This document shows, in pieces, positions 40,323-50,097 of a stretch of 64,000 bases of DNA. The position numbers were made by a program, and so were the translations under genes. How positions within the stretch are numbered: position 1 is the first letter of the stretch; each line of letters opens with the position of its first letter. The DNA comes from a virus (Duplodnaviria; Caudoviricetes). The notes below the pieces were generated by a model. The model saw only the letters and a program-made list of their open reading frames with translations, was not told where the DNA came from and made no database searches. The stretch covers positions 104,027 to 168,026 of the IMG/VR virus record IMGVR_UViG_3300031992_000018. The stretch is one strand, 5' to 3'.

Positions 40323-40954
40323 ATATTATATATTAATATTTCTTTATTTTCTTGTGATGTTTTAAATTTAAGTTTATTTAAATTTCCTTTTAATTTTGGA
40401 TGTAAATTTTTTGCAGTAAAACCTTTTATATTACTATTTTCTTTTTTACATATATCAATATATTGTTTTAATATTGTTTCATTTACTTCTGTTGGATTAT
40501 CTACAATAAGATTAGATTCAATATCTACAATATGTCTATAATTTTCTATATATGTAGAAGTATTATCAACCATTAATAAAGCAATAGAATAAGTTCTTTT
40601 TCCATCCTCATCTTGAGAAAAAAATGTATAAACTAATGGATCTATTGGATTATTATTTATATCAACTAATAACTTTTTTTGGTTATTTATAATATTTGTA
40701 GCAACAACATATCCTAATTTATTATGTTTCCATTCATTTAAAGTATCATTATCAATTTCACTGAATTTTACTGGTTCTTTTGCAAATTTTATAGTTTTAG
40801 TATTAACTTCATACATTTCAACATTATTACCATTTAATCTTGATTGTTGACTTTTAAATACCTTTTTAAAAAATGCTTTAAACCAATCTAATAAACCCTC
40901 ATTTAAATATTTATTTTCAGCAAAATTATAATAATATTCTTTAATTTGTTTCAT
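40319..40954 (-). CDS. Leader-bearing protein (MKQIKEY...LNE-GLLDWFKAFFKKVF)
   Basis: Shared motif followed by amphipathic helix; late promoter 40976-40988. Confidence 0.7.
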   Translation of the reverse strand: MKQIKEYYYNFAENKYLNEGLLDWFKAFFKKVFKSQQSRLNGNNVEMYEVNTKTIKFAKEPVKFSEIDNDTLNEWKHNKLGYVVATNIINNQKKLLVDINNNPIDPLVYTFFSQDEDGKRTYSIALLMVDNTSTYIENYRHIVDIESNLIVDNPTEVNETILKQYIDICKKENSNIKGFTAKNLHPKLKGNLNKLKFKTSQENKEILIYNI

Positions 40955-41042
40955 ATAATATTTTATATAATAATCTATATAAAAATAAAATTAAATATTA
41001 TTACATTTCTATATTAAAATAGAAATATATCTATTTATATGC

Positions 41043-42041
41043 ATGAATCTTATTCATACTGATTTTGAAATTCTAGAACAAGAACCTGGTTTAAAAGGCA
41101 TATATAAAGCAGCAGAATATCCTGGAAGAATATGTTATGGTAGTACTGATAAAATAACTGAAGATAGTGCACAACCATTTGTAGAAAATACTTTAATGAA
41201 ATCAGATCATGGTGCACCTCTTGAGCATGCTGCAGTTTATCTTAAATGTCCAGAAAATGTATATCAAAAATATGTAAATAATAAATATTCAAGAACTAAT
41301 TATCATAAAACAGAAAATAATAATGGTCCTATTACTTGGTTAGATACTGAATCAAGATTTGGTTATTTAAGTGATACTGTTGAATATTATGTATCAACAA
41401 ATCTTAGAGTTCTTTATGATAATAAATGGTTAGATGATTTAAAATATATTTGTGAATTAACACAGTATCATACAAGAAGAGTTACAGTTAAATTTACTTG
41501 TGATATTGGAGTAAGTAGAGAATATAATCGTCATCGTAATGATTCACCTAATGAAGAAAGTACAAGATATTGTAATTATTCTAAAGATAAGTTCGGTGGT
41601 TCAATAAATATTATAGAGCCTTGTTGGTTATATGATAGACATGATGAACTTCAGAAGAAAGTAGATACTCTTGATTTTATTACTTATATTAAATGGATTG
41701 CTGCCGGTCAAGATGAATTATTTAATGATATTGATTATTGGCTTTTTGGATCACTTTCCTCAGAATGGTGTTACATGAATCTTGTAAATAAATGTGGATG
41801 GAAACAACAACAAGCAAGAACTAAACTTGAACTTGATACAAAGACTACATTAGTACATACAGCATTTGTAGATGATTGGGTGCACTTCTTTAATTTACGA
41901 GCCCTTGGTACTACTGGTGCACCTCATCCACAAGCTAAAGAATTAGCAGAACCACTTTTGGAAGAATTTATAAATAGAGGATATTTAAATAATGAACTTA
42001 AAAACAGACTTGGTAAAAAACAACGAGAATACAATAGTTAA
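41043..42041 (+). CDS. thyX: FAD-dependent thymidylate synthase
   Basis: GRICY, HGAPLEH, VSREYNRHR...ESTRYC, HFFNLRA, HPQ. Confidence 0.92.
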   Translation: MNLIHTDFEILEQEPGLKGIYKAAEYPGRICYGSTDKITEDSAQPFVENTLMKSDHGAPLEHAAVYLKCPENVYQKYVNNKYSRTNYHKTENNNGPITWLDTESRFGYLSDTVEYYVSTNLRVLYDNKWLDDLKYICELTQYHTRRVTVKFTCDIGVSREYNRHRNDSPNEESTRYCNYSKDKFGGSINIIEPCWLYDRHDELQKKVDTLDFITYIKWIAAGQDELFNDIDYWLFGSLSSEWCYMNLVNKCGWKQQQARTKLELDTKTTLVHTAFVDDWVHFFNLRALGTTGAPHPQAKELAEPLLEEFINRGYLNNELKNRLGKKQREYNS

Positions 42042-42225
42042 ATTTAATTTTATTACAATAATATTAATTTTTATTGTATTATGTCTTGAAACTACTTTAT
42101 TCTTATCTGTACCTCTTGGTATTATATTTACAGTAATTTCATTAGGTTATATAATATTTATAATTATAGTAAAAGATAAATTATTGAAAATAAATAAAGA
42201 AAAAGGAGATGAAAAACTTTCTTGA
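41992..42225 (+). CDS. Small membrane protein
   Basis: Two hydrophobic segments. Confidence 0.55.
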   Translation: MNLKTDLVKNNENTIVKFNFITIILIFIVLCLETTLFLSVPLGIIFTVISLGYIIFIIIVKDKLLKINKEKGDEKLS

Positions 42226-42430
42226 TGGATTAATGAAAATGTTTGTAATGATAGGAATGTTTATATTTCTAATTTTAGGCACAATAATTATGTTTTGGCC
42301 ATTCATTGCAACTATATTAATATTCTGCGTATTATTTTGGATATTTCTTCCAGTTATTGGTTGGATATTATTTAGTATATTAACACTTGCAATATTACTA
42401 TATATAATATTAAATATCTTTTTTAATTAA
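42209..42430 (+). CDS. Small membrane protein
   Basis: Almost entirely hydrophobic. Confidence 0.55.
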   Translation: MKNFLDGLMKMFVMIGMFIFLILGTIIMFWPFIATILIFCVLFWIFLPVIGWILFSILTLAILLYIILNIFFN

Positions 42431-42504
42431 TGAATTTTTTAAATAAGAATTTCTATTTTATAGTAAGTGATAAAAAATATATTAATTTTTAAACAATTTT
42501 AGTT

Positions 42505-43119
42505 ATGAGTAATTCTATTTTTGACCTTTTAGGTATTGATTTAAATGCTACACTTGAAAAGCTTGTTGATTTAAAAGATGAATTAACAAATATTTATAAT
42601 AATAAGGTAGATGAAATAAAGGAAAGTATTAAGAAATATGATCTTGATACAGAAGAAGGTTATGAAGCTTTTATTAAGGAAGCTGCAAATATTAGAACTG
42701 AACTTGTTAAGAGTGATTCAATATTTTCAGATAAACTTATTGATTTACTTGATTCTGCTGTAGAAAGAGCTATGAAGAATCATTCAGAAAAAATGGCAAA
42801 TAAAAATCTTTCTAAGGTTAAAGAAAATAAAGTAAATGATCTTGTAGATGCTGAGGTTAATCGTAGTAAGAATGAAAATCATAAAAAGATTAATACAGGT
42901 AAGGGTGTTACTGAAAATGTAAATGAAGATGAAATTGATTGGCCATCTAATAAACTTACTATTAAGCAGAAAAAGAATATTATTAAACTTGTTGATGAAT
43001 ATATGAATACCATGGTTTTACCTTATATCAATGATGATATTGATGAAGATACTGTACATGATATGGCAAGTGGATTATTTGAATTCGCCGCTTGGATTCT
43101 TACAAAAGAAGAAGACTAA
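42505..43119 (+). CDS. Hypothetical helical protein
   Basis: 204-aa ORF with promoter-like upstream region. Confidence 0.65.
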   Translation: MSNSIFDLLGIDLNATLEKLVDLKDELTNIYNNKVDEIKESIKKYDLDTEEGYEAFIKEAANIRTELVKSDSIFSDKLIDLLDSAVERAMKNHSEKMANKNLSKVKENKVNDLVDAEVNRSKNENHKKINTGKGVTENVNEDEIDWPSNKLTIKQKKNIIKLVDEYMNTMVLPYINDDIDEDTVHDMASGLFEFAAWILTKEED

Positions 43120-43168
43120 AGCGTTAATATATATTAAATTTTATAAATAAATTAAAAAACAAAAAAGT

Positions 43169-43807
43169 ATGAAGAAATTATTTGTAATTTTGGCAAGCAT
43201 TCTTCTTATGATTGGAGTAAGTTCTTGCAATTCATGTACAAATCGTTCAACAGAACCTGTTTTTGCTGATGTTGAAACCGTAGATTCTCTTTATGTAGAG
43301 CATACTGTTGCAGTAGATAGACAGGCAATGTTTGCTAAGGGCATTGATAATGATTACAGATGGTATGAAACAAATATTCGTCTTGTAAATTTCCTTGATG
43401 AGGAATATGCAGGTATTGACGAAGTTGTTAATGTATTCCAAACTGTAGAAAGTAGAGATGAACATAGTTTTGATACTGTTGTTTATAAGTTCCAGCACAC
43501 AGCTGAAGGAACAGTAGAAGGTTCTACACCTGGTTTCTGGGTTGAAGATTATCCTCTTAACAATGAACAGATTATTGTAACATTTGCACAAGCTCTTGAG
43601 AAGGTAAATGAAGTTAATCTTCCTAAGCCACATTCAAGATATGCTGTTCTTAGAAAGCAGGTTGGTCCTGTAGATGCAAATCCTCAGTGGATTTTTGGAA
43701 ATGTAAGAGCACAGCTTTATGTTGATGCAGTTACTGGTGAAGTTTCAACAGAAAATCCTGCATTTAAGGGACTTAATCTTGGTACACCTCTTGGAGAATG
43801 GCCTTAA
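43169..43807 (+). CDS. Lipoprotein (Bacteroidota-type), PepSY-like C-terminus
   Basis: MKKLFVILASILLMIGVSSC lipobox; LYVDAVTGEV. Confidence 0.7.
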   Translation: MKKLFVILASILLMIGVSSCNSCTNRSTEPVFADVETVDSLYVEHTVAVDRQAMFAKGIDNDYRWYETNIRLVNFLDEEYAGIDEVVNVFQTVESRDEHSFDTVVYKFQHTAEGTVEGSTPGFWVEDYPLNNEQIIVTFAQALEKVNEVNLPKPHSRYAVLRKQVGPVDANPQWIFGNVRAQLYVDAVTGEVSTENPAFKGLNLGTPLGEWP

Positions 43808-43947
43808 TAGTTAAATATTAAATTCGTATGGTTAATTTACAGAACACTCGCCTAGATTTTTATATGAGTATAAAAGTTGATAATGGAGAAATAATAGGAG
43901 TGAAAAACCTTCAGTAGAAATCTGACGTTAAAATTTTACGATAAAAT

Positions 43948-43980
43948 AAAGAGAACCAATTATTTGGTTCTCTTTTTTTA
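43948..43980. terminator. Bidirectional terminator
   Basis: aaagagaaccaa-ttat-ttggttctcttt. Confidence 0.75.
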
Positions 43981-44325
43981 TTACATTACGCCAAGAACAT
44001 TTGGTAATTTACCAGCAAGAGGATTTGCAACATTTAAAGTTCCTCCTGGATTAACAACAGCTGTTTGTGTTACTGGTGAACCTGTTGTAAGAATATTTCC
44101 ATATATACACATTGATTTTACATATTGATCTATAATATCAGCAATTCTTTCTGCAAGCGCATCTGATACCATATCATCAAATTTTTCAGCAAAATCAGAA
44201 CACATTTCTTTTGTTTTATCTGTCATTTCTACAAATGTACCTCTCATACATATTTCAATTGCTGGAGGTATTATTTGAGAAAATGTATTTTTTAAATCAT
44301 CTTTTAATTGTGAAGGATTTAACAT
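43981..44325 (-). CDS. Putative late/structural protein
   Basis: Late promoter 44346-44358. Confidence 0.55.
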   Translation of the reverse strand: MLNPSQLKDDLKNTFSQIIPPAIEICMRGTFVEMTDKTKEMCSDFAEKFDDMVSDALAERIADIIDQYVKSMCIYGNILTTGSPVTQTAVVNPGGTLNVANPLAGKLPNVLGVM

Positions 44326-44375
44326 ATTACTTCTATATTATATTATATATAAAAATAATTTTTAATATTGAATTT

Positions 44376-44663
44376 ATGATTCTTTATATAGTATTTTCAT
44401 GTAATAAAAAAAGTAATGATTATTATGACAATGATAGAACAGTTGAATATATTTCTCAAGATAAACAAAAAGCAATTGATTTTTTAAATTCAGAAAGAGA
44501 AAGATATTTTAATACTTGTATTGGAGAAATTACAAGAGATGAAAAATATCATTTTTGTTTATGTGATTGTTATAATTGGGATTATGAATATTGGATAGAA
44601 AAATTTACAACAGATATTAATATTAGAAAATGGTTATTAGAAAAAAATAATAGTGAACTTTGA
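44376..44663 (+). CDS. Hypothetical protein
   Basis: Start moved to MILYIVFS. Confidence 0.55.
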   Translation: MILYIVFSCNKKSNDYYDNDRTVEYISQDKQKAIDFLNSERERYFNTCIGEITRDEKYHFCLCDCYNWDYEYWIEKFTTDINIRKWLLEKNNSEL

Positions 44664-44687
44664 ATTTTAAAATAATAATACTATATT
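44660..44687 (+). promoter_or_regulatory. Putative early/middle promoter TTGAAT-N16-TATATT
   Basis: Consensus match. Confidence 0.7.
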
Positions 44688-44782
44688 ATAATTGGTTGCC
44701 GATTGACCATAATAATCGGTGGTGGTGGACCTTCAAGAAAATATCTTGATTGTAAAGTTAAATAAATTTATTAGTTTACAAA

Positions 44783-45721
44783 ATGAAGACACAGACTTAC
44801 ACAAAAATTAACACACTTTACAAGAGGTATCAGAACCTTGGTAAGGTAGAACTTCCTAACAAGGCTTGGATGGCTTTCCAGAACAAGATTATCATTGGTG
44901 ATTTCTCTGATGATTATATGGAATATATCAAGGGTCTAAAGTTCGACTGTTTCTCTAAGATTGACGGTACTAATTCTAAGATTGTTTATCTTCCTTCTAC
45001 TGGTGAATGTTTCGCTGGTGGTAAGACTGATAATGCTGATATTGTCGGTACTGGTCAGAAAGCTATGCTTGATGATATTATTGCTCGTATCAAGCCTATT
45101 CTTGCAGAGCTTTTCCCTCCTGAGTGTGCAAAGTTCGCTCCTAAGATGAATGACAAGAATCAGCCTATTATGTATGAATTTGATAGTGCAGAGGGTTACT
45201 ATCCTGATTCTCCTATTGAAAAGCCTACATCAGCAGATGTATATGTTGTAGAATATGAGGAAGTTCCTATCTACATCTATGGAGAGTTCTTCGGTAAGAA
45301 GATTCAGGCTGGTGGAAACTATGATAAGGATAAGAACCGTTTCTCTATCTTTGACATTTGTATGCAAGGTTGGTGGGTTCCTATTGACATGCTCAATGAC
45401 TATGCTACAAAGCTTGGTCTTGATGTAGCTCCTTACATTGGTCAGATGACTATTGAGGAAGCTGAAAAGATGGTTATGAATGGATTCAAGACTCGTGTAC
45501 CAAATGTATCTAATCCTGATTATCTTGAGGAAGGTATTGTAGCTCGTCCTATTGTTCCTATCAAGGATCCTCGTGGACGCCGTATCATTGTCAAGATTAA
45601 GACTTGTGACTACAATGATCTTAAGGTTGCTGTTGATAAGGTTGGTGAGGATGAGTATAAGAAGTTCAAGAAGTGGTATGAGGATAATAGGGAGATGATT
45701 GAGAATTCAGTCAAAAAGTAA
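44783..45721 (+). CDS. RNA ligase, Rnl2-like
   Basis: Nucleotidyltransferase motifs KIDGTN, YGEFFG, FDI, EEGIVAR, IVKIK. Confidence 0.85.
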   Translation: MKTQTYTKINTLYKRYQNLGKVELPNKAWMAFQNKIIIGDFSDDYMEYIKGLKFDCFSKIDGTNSKIVYLPSTGECFAGGKTDNADIVGTGQKAMLDDIIARIKPILAELFPPECAKFAPKMNDKNQPIMYEFDSAEGYYPDSPIEKPTSADVYVVEYEEVPIYIYGEFFGKKIQAGGNYDKDKNRFSIFDICMQGWWVPIDMLNDYATKLGLDVAPYIGQMTIEEAEKMVMNGFKTRVPNVSNPDYLEEGIVARPIVPIKDPRGRRIIVKIKTCDYNDLKVAVDKVGEDEYKKFKKWYEDNREMIENSVKK

Positions 45722-45748
45722 AGATATAAAATTAAAATGGGTTAAACA

Positions 45749-45781
45749 AAAATAGGGATGTTGTGAAATATCCCTATTTTA
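45749..45781 (+). terminator. Intrinsic terminator
   Basis: aaaatagggat...atccctatttt. Confidence 0.7.
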
Positions 45782-45815
45782 TTTTCTATATTAAATTATA
45801 AATAGGTAATTAAAT

Positions 45816-46196
45816 ATGATTTATATTTTTATATTAATGTTATTTTGTCATATTATTGATGACTTTGTATTACAACCAGTTTGTTTAAGTAATTTAAAAC
45901 AAAAACACTGGTGGGATGAACATTGTTATGGAAAACAATATAAGAATGATTATAAAATGGCATTACTCATTCATTCTTTAAGTTGGAGTATAATGATACA
46001 TCTACCATTAATGTATAATATGTTCTATATGTTTCCTGAAATATTGATATTATTAAGCATTATTATAAACGCAATAATTCATTATATTGTTGATGATTTA
46101 AAGGCAAACAAATATAAAATTAATTTAATTATTGATCAAAGTATACATTTTGTACAAATTATTTTAACATTTATTTTATTCTTTATAATTTTATGA
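45816..46196 (+). CDS. DUF3307-like membrane protein
   Basis: HIIDDFVLQ, H.IVD.LK, IDQSIH. Confidence 0.75.
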   Translation: MIYIFILMLFCHIIDDFVLQPVCLSNLKQKHWWDEHCYGKQYKNDYKMALLIHSLSWSIMIHLPLMYNMFYMFPEILILLSIIINAIIHYIVDDLKANKYKINLIIDQSIHFVQIILTFILFFIIL

Positions 46197-46456
46197 ATGA
46201 AGATACTATAAATATATTAGAAGAATATAAAAAGTCTTTATTAGATGAACTTCAAGTATATGTAGATTTAGTAGCTAAATCAGCTAAATGGCGTCTTGAT
46301 TTTTGGAAGAAACATAAGAAAGATCTTGAAGGTGTTCAACAATATGATCTTGTATCAACATTTGATTTGCCAGCATACTATGCATATGGTAATGCAAAAG
46401 ATATTGTAAAAGAAAAGTTTAATGAAATATTAAGTAAATATGAAAGTACAGATTAG
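46193..46456 (+). CDS. Hypothetical protein
   Basis: Operon packing. Confidence 0.55.
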   Translation: MNEDTINILEEYKKSLLDELQVYVDLVAKSAKWRLDFWKKHKKDLEGVQQYDLVSTFDLPAYYAYGNAKDIVKEKFNEILSKYESTD

Positions 46457-47135
46457 ACAAAGTTGTTTTGAAACAAATAGTAGCAGTATGCATGCTATTG
46501 TTATTACAAAGAATAAACCAGAAAATATTTATACTGGATATGCATGCGAATTTAAAGTAGGAGAATTCGGATGGGAACATAGAAGATATATGGATTTCAT
46601 GGATAAAGCTTCATATCTTTGGACTATTATTGTAAATAGTTGTTTAAAGACTGTTTATGAAGGTACTTTTTATACATCTAATTATGATGGTAAAGAATAT
46701 GAAAAGTATCATTATGAATTAGATACTGAGAATGAAGATTATAAGAAAATAAAGAAAGCGATTACAGATACTCTTATTAGTGTTGGATTTGAAGATGATG
46801 GTTGGAGTATTAGGTTTCAAGAAGAATTTACTAAAACAGATTGGGGATTAGAAACTGGTTATGTTGATCATACTCCTGGTCTTGGTTTTGTAAAAGAAAT
46901 TGTTTTTAATAGAGATAGACTAATTAGATTTCTTTTTAATCCTACTTCATTTATTGAAACATGGAATGACAATGAATGGGAACTTGATCCAAGAATTGAA
47001 GAAGAGCTTGAAAAGAAATATTGGGATGAAGAAAAACAAGATTATAAAGATGGATATTGGGAAGCAGAAGATTGGGCATATTTTAGAATGCCTCGTGAAG
47101 AAGATATTGAATGGAAATATTTAAAAGGAAATTAA
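46440..47135 (+). CDS. FETNSSS-motif protein, type A
   Basis: MKVQIRQSCFETNSSSMHAI; GEFGWE, SYL, GYVDH, IETWNDN. Confidence 0.7.
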   Translation: MKVQIRQSCFETNSSSMHAIVITKNKPENIYTGYACEFKVGEFGWEHRRYMDFMDKASYLWTIIVNSCLKTVYEGTFYTSNYDGKEYEKYHYELDTENEDYKKIKKAITDTLISVGFEDDGWSIRFQEEFTKTDWGLETGYVDHTPGLGFVKEIVFNRDRLIRFLFNPTSFIETWNDNEWELDPRIEEELEKKYWDEEKQDYKDGYWEAEDWAYFRMPREEDIEWKYLKGN

Positions 47136-47136
47136 T

Positions 47137-47751
47137 ATGAAAATACAAATTAGACGAAACGTTTTTGAGACAAATTCAAGTCATGAACATTCTATTTCAA
47201 TTGTCAAAGAGGATGATTGGGTAAAGTGGCTTAATGGTGAAATTCTTGGTAGAGTTGTAAAGAAGAAAAGAGAAGCTGGATGGGGTAATTTTGATAGTGA
47301 AATTTTTGAGTGGGAATTTTCTTCAGACTTTGATAGATGTAAAAGAGATAATGAAATTCTTATAAATGAAATTAAAAATAAAGGTCTTGCTAAGCAAGAA
47401 GAATATAAGAATGAGTGTCTTAATCATAAGAAGCTTGTTGAAAGGGAATTAACTCCTAAAGAATTTGAGGCTTTATCAGATAAAGAACAAGACAAGTATG
47501 AAGATGACCTTTATATGGATAGACTTTATACATTTGATGAAGATGATTATAATTATTGGAAAGATATTTATAATAATATGTCTTTAGATAATCCTAGTAG
47601 TCTTCAATATGTTTCAAGAGTTCTTGATGGTTTTTGGATTACTTATGATCAATATAAAGAAGATTGGCTTGATATAGATTGTGTATCTCCTTGGGACCAT
47701 AAGAATGAAAATCTTGGTGTACATGTATTTGGTAAATATTTTCACAGTTAA
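47137..47751 (+). CDS. FETNSSS-motif protein, type B
   Basis: MKIQIRRNVFETNSSHEHSI; C-terminal FG.Y. Confidence 0.7.
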   Translation: MKIQIRRNVFETNSSHEHSISIVKEDDWVKWLNGEILGRVVKKKREAGWGNFDSEIFEWEFSSDFDRCKRDNEILINEIKNKGLAKQEEYKNECLNHKKLVERELTPKEFEALSDKEQDKYEDDLYMDRLYTFDEDDYNYWKDIYNNMSLDNPSSLQYVSRVLDGFWITYDQYKEDWLDIDCVSPWDHKNENLGVHVFGKYFHS

Positions 47752-47756
47752 AGATT

Positions 47757-48062
47757 ATGATTGGTAAAATTTTAATAATATTACTTTTTATACTTCTATA
47801 TATAGTCATTTCATGTGGGCTATGTTATACAGTAATTGGAGTGCATAATCCTATACATAAATTTAATACTGAAAAAGATCCTTGGGATGATAGTAAATCT
47901 ATATTGATTTGTAATACAGATGATAAATTTTCATTTTTCTTACTATTTCTTATTTGGCCATTATTAGTATTATTTTATTGGATTCCGCTTGGTATATATC
48001 ATATATTTAAATTCCTGATTGAATTTTTAGCTTGGTCTATTGCAAAATTATTTAAGCTTTAA
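47757..48062 (+). CDS. Membrane protein
   Basis: Hydrophobic segments. Confidence 0.55.
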   Translation: MIGKILIILLFILLYIVISCGLCYTVIGVHNPIHKFNTEKDPWDDSKSILICNTDDKFSFFLLFLIWPLLVLFYWIPLGIYHIFKFLIEFLAWSIAKLFKL

Positions 48063-48063
48063 T

Positions 48064-48474
48064 ATGAAAATTAATTTAAGAAAGGGTTTATTTGAAACAT
48101 CATCATCAAGTGAAGATTCATTAAGTGTATATCAAGATATGAAACTTTATATACTTCCTAAGGATGTATATAATAGATTTATTAATGGTGAAGTATATAT
48201 AAGATTTGGTGAAAATATCAGACCAGATTGGAGTGATGATGAAAATGTCATTGAAGAAGCAAATAAAGAACCTATTAAGAAGTATAATCTTGTTGGTAGG
48301 AATTCAGGATATAAGTTTTCTGTCGGACATTTATATTATTACTTTGATAAATTTTATATAGATTATGAATCATATATAGGAGAATTATATTATCATTTTT
48401 CAGACTATCAATTATTTAATTATGAAGATGGAGATAATATGATTTTTGGATTTTATGCATATACAGAAGATTAA
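48064..48474 (+). CDS. FETNSSS-motif protein, type B
   Basis: Start moved to MKINLRKGLFETSSSSEDSL. Confidence 0.7.
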   Translation: MKINLRKGLFETSSSSEDSLSVYQDMKLYILPKDVYNRFINGEVYIRFGENIRPDWSDDENVIEEANKEPIKKYNLVGRNSGYKFSVGHLYYYFDKFYIDYESYIGELYYHFSDYQLFNYEDGDNMIFGFYAYTED

Positions 48475-48476
48475 TT

Positions 48477-48674
48477 ATGATACCACCATATAAAATATAT
48501 AGCGACGGAAGCATAGAATCTGATGGATATATGTTTCGAGATAAGTATGAATTTTGTAATTATTGCGATTATAAAGAAGCTTGTGATGATTATTGGAGAC
48601 ACCAAGAAGAAATGGAACAAGAAGAAAGAGAATATAGATTACAAGAATTAGATAGACTTTTAGTAGAATTATAA
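48477..48674 (+). CDS. Small hypothetical protein
   Basis: Operon packing; CxxC...C. Confidence 0.55.
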   Translation: MIPPYKIYSDGSIESDGYMFRDKYEFCNYCDYKEACDDYWRHQEEMEQEEREYRLQELDRLLVEL

Positions 48675-48686
48675 AAAAATATTTAT

Positions 48687-49160
48687 ATGAAAACACAAAT
48701 TAGAAAAGGAGCATTTGAAACTAATAGTAGTTCTACACATGCTATTAATATTTTTAGAGGATATGATGAAAAAAATATTCCAGAAAGTATAGTTGTAAAA
48801 CCAGGAGAATTTGGATGGGAATGTGATACTTATTATGATTATGATAGTAAGCTTTCTTATCTTTATACTTGGTGTCTTAGTGTAATGAGTATAGATGAAG
48901 CTGAATATAAAATTAAAGAAGCACTTACAAATCTTGGTGTTAAAGAAGTAGAATTTGAAGAATGTAGTGGTTGGTATGAAGAAGGATATATTGACCATTC
49001 TGAAGATTTATATAGAGGAGATCTTGATAAAATATTTGAAAATTACTTTGCTGATTTTATATTTGGAAATTCTTCATATATAGAGACAGGTAATGATAAT
49101 GATGATATTGATGTATGTGAAGATTATAGAGCAGACTTCAGCATATATAAGAGTAATTAA
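48687..49160 (+). CDS. FETNSSS-motif protein, type A
   Basis: MKTQIRKGAFETNSSSTHAI; GEFGWE, SYL, GYIDH, IETGNDN. Confidence 0.7.
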   Translation: MKTQIRKGAFETNSSSTHAINIFRGYDEKNIPESIVVKPGEFGWECDTYYDYDSKLSYLYTWCLSVMSIDEAEYKIKEALTNLGVKEVEFEECSGWYEEGYIDHSEDLYRGDLDKIFENYFADFIFGNSSYIETGNDNDDIDVCEDYRADFSIYKSN

Positions 49161-49162
49161 TT

Positions 49163-49435
49163 ATGAAACAAAATATATATTATAATATTGAAAATATTTC
49201 TCCTTCATCTATATGTAATAAAGAAATTTATTTCTATATTAATAAAGAGGTTTGGTGTGATAAATATAAAAATTATATTATAAAAGTTTTATATGAAACA
49301 CCAGTTTATTTAATAATTGATAGAAATAAAGGAGAAAAATTATTAATATTAGTAATTACTAATGTATCAGAATTTAAAGAAAATTTTAAATTAATTGAAA
49401 CTTCAATCAATTATGAAAAAAGAACTAATAGTTAG
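49163..49435 (+). CDS. Hypothetical protein
   Basis: Operon packing. Confidence 0.5.
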   Translation: MKQNIYYNIENISPSSICNKEIYFYINKEVWCDKYKNYIIKVLYETPVYLIIDRNKGEKLLILVITNVSEFKENFKLIETSINYEKRTNS

Positions 49436-49691
49436 AAGAAATATATATAATGGTAAAGAACATAAATTAATATGGTCTGGTACAGGTAAATTATATGAAT
49501 TCAAACCAGCAGAAGAATGGATGCCTGTTTATCTTAATTATTGGAATGATGAAGAACATGGTACAAGAACTATTGAATCTTTAGATAGTGATGGATTTGG
49601 ATTTCCTCTTTGTGTTGGTGATATTGTAGATGATATGGAAGTTGCTGCAATATTAGAAGTAGATGATAAAATATGTGTAATGTTTAAATAA
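49413..49691 (+). CDS. Hypothetical protein
   Basis: Start moved to ATG 49413. Confidence 0.55.
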   Translation: MKKELIVRRNIYNGKEHKLIWSGTGKLYEFKPAEEWMPVYLNYWNDEEHGTRTIESLDSDGFGFPLCVGDIVDDMEVAAILEVDDKICVMFK

Positions 49692-49705
49692 AAATTAATT
49701 AAGTT

Positions 49706-50080
49706 ATGAGTACATTTGAAATTTTGTTTTTAATTTTAGTAACAATTTTTGTAGGTTCAAGTCTTTATTTTGCTATTACTGGTAGAATTAGGATGATTGC
49801 TGCTGAAGCAAAAGATGATGAAAGGTATATAAATCAAACTCAGTGGGAAGATCAGATTAAAGTTCTTACAGTTAGAATGGGTGAAATAACTTCAGAAAAT
49901 CAACGTCTTAATGGTGTTGTAAGAGAGTGGATGAATGCAGCTAATACATATAAAGTTGAAATTGATAAACTTAATAAGTCATTAGAAGAGTGGCAAAAAC
50001 AATCTGAAGAATATAAAGCAAAATATTTTGAAGTTGATAAAGAACTAAAGAAATTTACAACAGCAAAAGGTAATGAATAA
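49706..50080 (+). CDS. Membrane-anchored coiled-coil protein
   Basis: N-terminal hydrophobic segment plus heptads. Confidence 0.6.
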   Translation: MSTFEILFLILVTIFVGSSLYFAITGRIRMIAAEAKDDERYINQTQWEDQIKVLTVRMGEITSENQRLNGVVREWMNAANTYKVEIDKLNKSLEEWQKQSEEYKAKYFEVDKELKKFTTAKGNE

Positions 50081-50097
50081 TTTAAATTCCAGAAATA

